Assembly: GCF_018977255.1 (NCBI RefSeq) | Contig: NW_024705084.1 | Coordinates: 1 to 64,000 of the forward strand | Length of the DNA: 64,000 nucleotides | Reading direction: 5' to 3' | Source of the DNA: Callorhinchus milii | Taxonomy: Eukaryota | Part shown: piece by piece, positions 61,226 through 64,000 of the stretch | How positions within the stretch are numbered: the stretch's first letter is position 1 | How the letters are laid out: each line of letters opens with the position of its first letter | Notes under the pieces: generated by a model | What the model was told of the DNA's origin: nothing | What the model saw: only the letters and a program-made list of their open reading frames with translations | Database searches by the model: none | Translations under genes and position numbers: made by a program

Positions 61226-61733
61226 TCAGCCACTGCGCCCCGAAATTCTGGAACAGTCTTCCTCATTCCCTCCCTCCGCCTTGCCCCCTTCTTCCCCATC
61301 TTCAGGCCACGCCTGAAGACCTTGTAAATGCACGTTGCTGTTGTTACTCCTCTCAGTCACCCCGTTTCGCTTCCTGTTCCAACTCACTTAACTTGCTCGC
61401 GCTCTCGCCTCCCGAGTCAGAAAGTTGTGGGTTCAAATCCCTGCGCTGGGTGCCTTTTATCACAGAAGAAGGCCATTCGGCCCACCGGCTCTTTGAAAGA
61501 GCAACTCGTGCCACTCACCCACTCTTAACCCCAACTAATCCCACTCGCTCCCCTGCTAATTACCCCATAGTTCCTTTTCAAGTATATATCCAATTCCCTT
61601 TTGAGACACAGAGTGAGAGAGAGAGAGTGGGAGAGACTGAGGGAAGACAGTGACCGAGAGTAACACACTGTGTGTGTGTGTGTTGTAAGGAAGCAGTGAT
61701 ATGAGAGAGACAGATAGTGACAGAGAGTAACAC

Positions 61734-61765
<32 letters not shown>

Positions 61766-61904
61766 CTAACCCTCTGTGTGTGTATAAACAGTAATGCTGT
61801 TTGTGTGTGTATATATATATACACTAACCCTGTGTGTGTGTGTGTTTGTGCTTAGTGTGTGTGTGTATAAATAGTAACGCTGTGTGTGTGTGTGTGTGAG
61901 ACAG

Positions 61905-63401
61905 GAAGCAGTGTATCGAGCTGGAGCAACAGTTTGATTTCCTGAAGGACCTGGTGGCTGCGGTACCCGACATGCAGGCCGACGTGGAGGAGAATCACAC
62001 AGACAATGACAAGCTTCCCCGGCGGTGAGACACCCCTCCCCTAAAACCCCTCCTCCCTCCCTCCCTCCCAAGACCCCCCTCCCTCCCCTCAAACCTTGAG
62101 AGTGTGTGTGTGTGAGTGAGAGAGTGTGTGTGTGCGAATTTGAATATGTGTTTGAGTGAGTGTGTGTGTGCGTAGATGTGAGTGTGTGTGTGTCAGCCTC
62201 TCTGTGGTGCTGGGTGACTTCACGCTGTATGTTTGCCGTCCGCAGGGGGCGTAAACCCGGGTCCGGGCGCAGGACAAACGGGGGAGTGAGCGGCAAAGCC
62301 AAGGACAAGAAGCAGTCGAGCACGGAGTCTGAGCAGGAGGTGAGTGGGTTTACAGGGAGACAGCTCTGAGGGTGTGTGTGGGGTGGGGGGGGTGAGTGTG
62401 TGGTTGCATGTGTGAGAGGGTTGTGTGTGTATGTCTGTCCGTGTGGATGTCTGTGCGTGTGTGTGAGTGGATGAGTGTGATAGTGTGTGTGCGCTTCTCA
62501 AGTGTGTTTCTATGGGTGAACGCGTGCATATGTCCGGGTGTGAGCACATGTGTGTCTGCATACGTGTGTGTGTGAACATACAAACCCTCGCACACACTGC
62601 CATTAGCCATGGCAAAGTCACTCAAGCACTCCACACCGGTCAGGGGAGAGAGAGTTGGGTAGAGAGTGAGTGAGTTTTAGTTGACCCAGTGGGAGACTCA
62701 CCTCTTCTCTACAGGAGGACTCTGAAGACAGTGAGACTGAGGAAGAGGATGGATCTCGATCGAGTGTGGACAAACCAACAGATCACATTCAGAGGTCAGT
62801 CTTCATCATCGTCGTCGTCATCATCATCTCTGCAGTTGACACAGCGCCTCTGGAACTCCATCCCACAGTCCCTCCGCCTCACCCTCTCCCTCCCTCCCTC
62901 CCTCGCCTCCTTCAAGGCCCCTCTCAAGGTCCCCCCTCTCCTCGACCAACCGGTCACCCTCCTACTCCAACCCTCCCTGCCCTCTACCCCCAACCCCCAG
63001 CTCGGGCTCCCCCCACCCCAAAAATAAACCCTGACTGTCCAGCGCCTTGGGATGTCCTCCCAGTGTCATTTACTGTTGTTGGAGTCGAGACGTCTCAAAG
63101 CGCTTCGCAGGATACGCTGTAAAGTGTAGTGACTGCGGACGAAACACGGCAGCCGATCGCAGTGTCCCCGCAAACGGTCGTGGGTCGAGTGACCAAATTA
63201 CCATCGTTACGTTTGAAACAATATTTTTTTTTTTGTCTTCTCCGCAGCTCCTCGGAAGAGGCGTGCCTGCGCTTGACAGTGCCCCTGCCAGCCATGGCTG
63301 TGCCCGTCTCCTCGCTGCCCGCAATGCCAGTCAACACACCAGTCCCCGAGCCCATGGCCAGGGGGGCAGGTGAGGACGAGGAGGATGATTACGATTCATA
63401 G
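61905..63401 (+). CDS. DRAP1: DR1-associated corepressor (NC2-alpha), 3' four exons only
   Basis: Exons 61905-62024 ([24 protein letters not shown]), 62246-62339 (GRKPGSGRR...[13 protein letters not shown]), 62715-62794, 63248-63401 (...EDEEDDYDS*). N-terminal histone-fold exons not found; probably lost in gap 60078-60102. Confidence 0.9.
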
Positions 63402-63909
63402 CTGCTTTTAAGACGTCTTGTCTCCCATCTTTCTCTTTTCTTATTCGTTTGTGTTGTTGGTGGTGGAGGACCATGGCGGGTGGGGGTGGGGGGAGAATGG
63501 GGGGGGGTTTATGTGTGGGTGTGTGAGTGCGCGTGAGAGTGAGAGAGAGAGCGTGTGTGTGTGTTTCAGAGTGTCTGCATGCGTGTAAGTTCAAGAGGGT
63601 GTGTGTGTGTGTGCGTGTTGGGGCGGATGAGTGTGTTAAGAGTTTGTGTTTCAGAGAGAGTGTTTGTGAGTGTGAGTGAGCGGGTGAGGGCGTCTGAGAG
63701 AAAGGGAGTGTGCGCGTGTGCATGAGTTTCCGAGTGTGAGTGACTGAGTATGTGTTTGGGAGAGAGAGAGAGAGAGAGTGTGAAGGGAGGGGCGATGGAG
63801 GCAGAAAAGCTGTTGATGTAATTTTCTTTCTCTACTGCCCTCGTCTGAATCCTTTAAGAAAATCCTTCCTGTTTATCTCTTTCTCCTCACCTCCCCCCCA
63901 CCCTCCTCC

Positions 63910-63942
<33 letters not shown>

Positions 63943-64000
63943 GGGGGAGGGATGGGGGGGGGGGCGCGGGTAAGTGGGATGTCCTCAGAGCTGAACTGAC

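Overview
Gene-dense, GC-rich vertebrate genomic DNA. Repeat content (CR1 LINE 3' ends, an L2-type LINE, tRNA-derived Deu-type SINEs) suggests a cartilaginous fish; this is inference. Six spliced genes were assembled by hand from GT-AG junctions and exon phases: cofilin (CFL1 by synteny, +), SNX32 (-), OVOL1 (-), KAT5/Tip60 (+), RNASEH2C (-) and the 3' part of DRAP1 (+), all from the human 11q13.1 block but locally rearranged. KAT5 and DRAP1 lack internal or 5' exons where 25-N gaps fall, and RNASEH2C exon 3 has an apparent 1-nt deletion. Most long ORFs in the supplied track are low-complexity repeat artefacts. No wholly new system is demonstrable from sequence alone. The best leads are: a ~22 x 44-bp minisatellite built from the A-box half of a tRNA-derived SINE head next to the OVOL1 promoter; tandem in-frame decoy splice acceptors in a KAT5 intron; an unclassified dispersed repeat whose end seeds 41-bp arrays; a triplicated CRE+NRF1 module in the RNASEH2C/DRAP1 promoter; a dual-CArG element; and candidate divergent non-coding transcripts. 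Comparisons with human proteins and motifs are from recall, not database searches.
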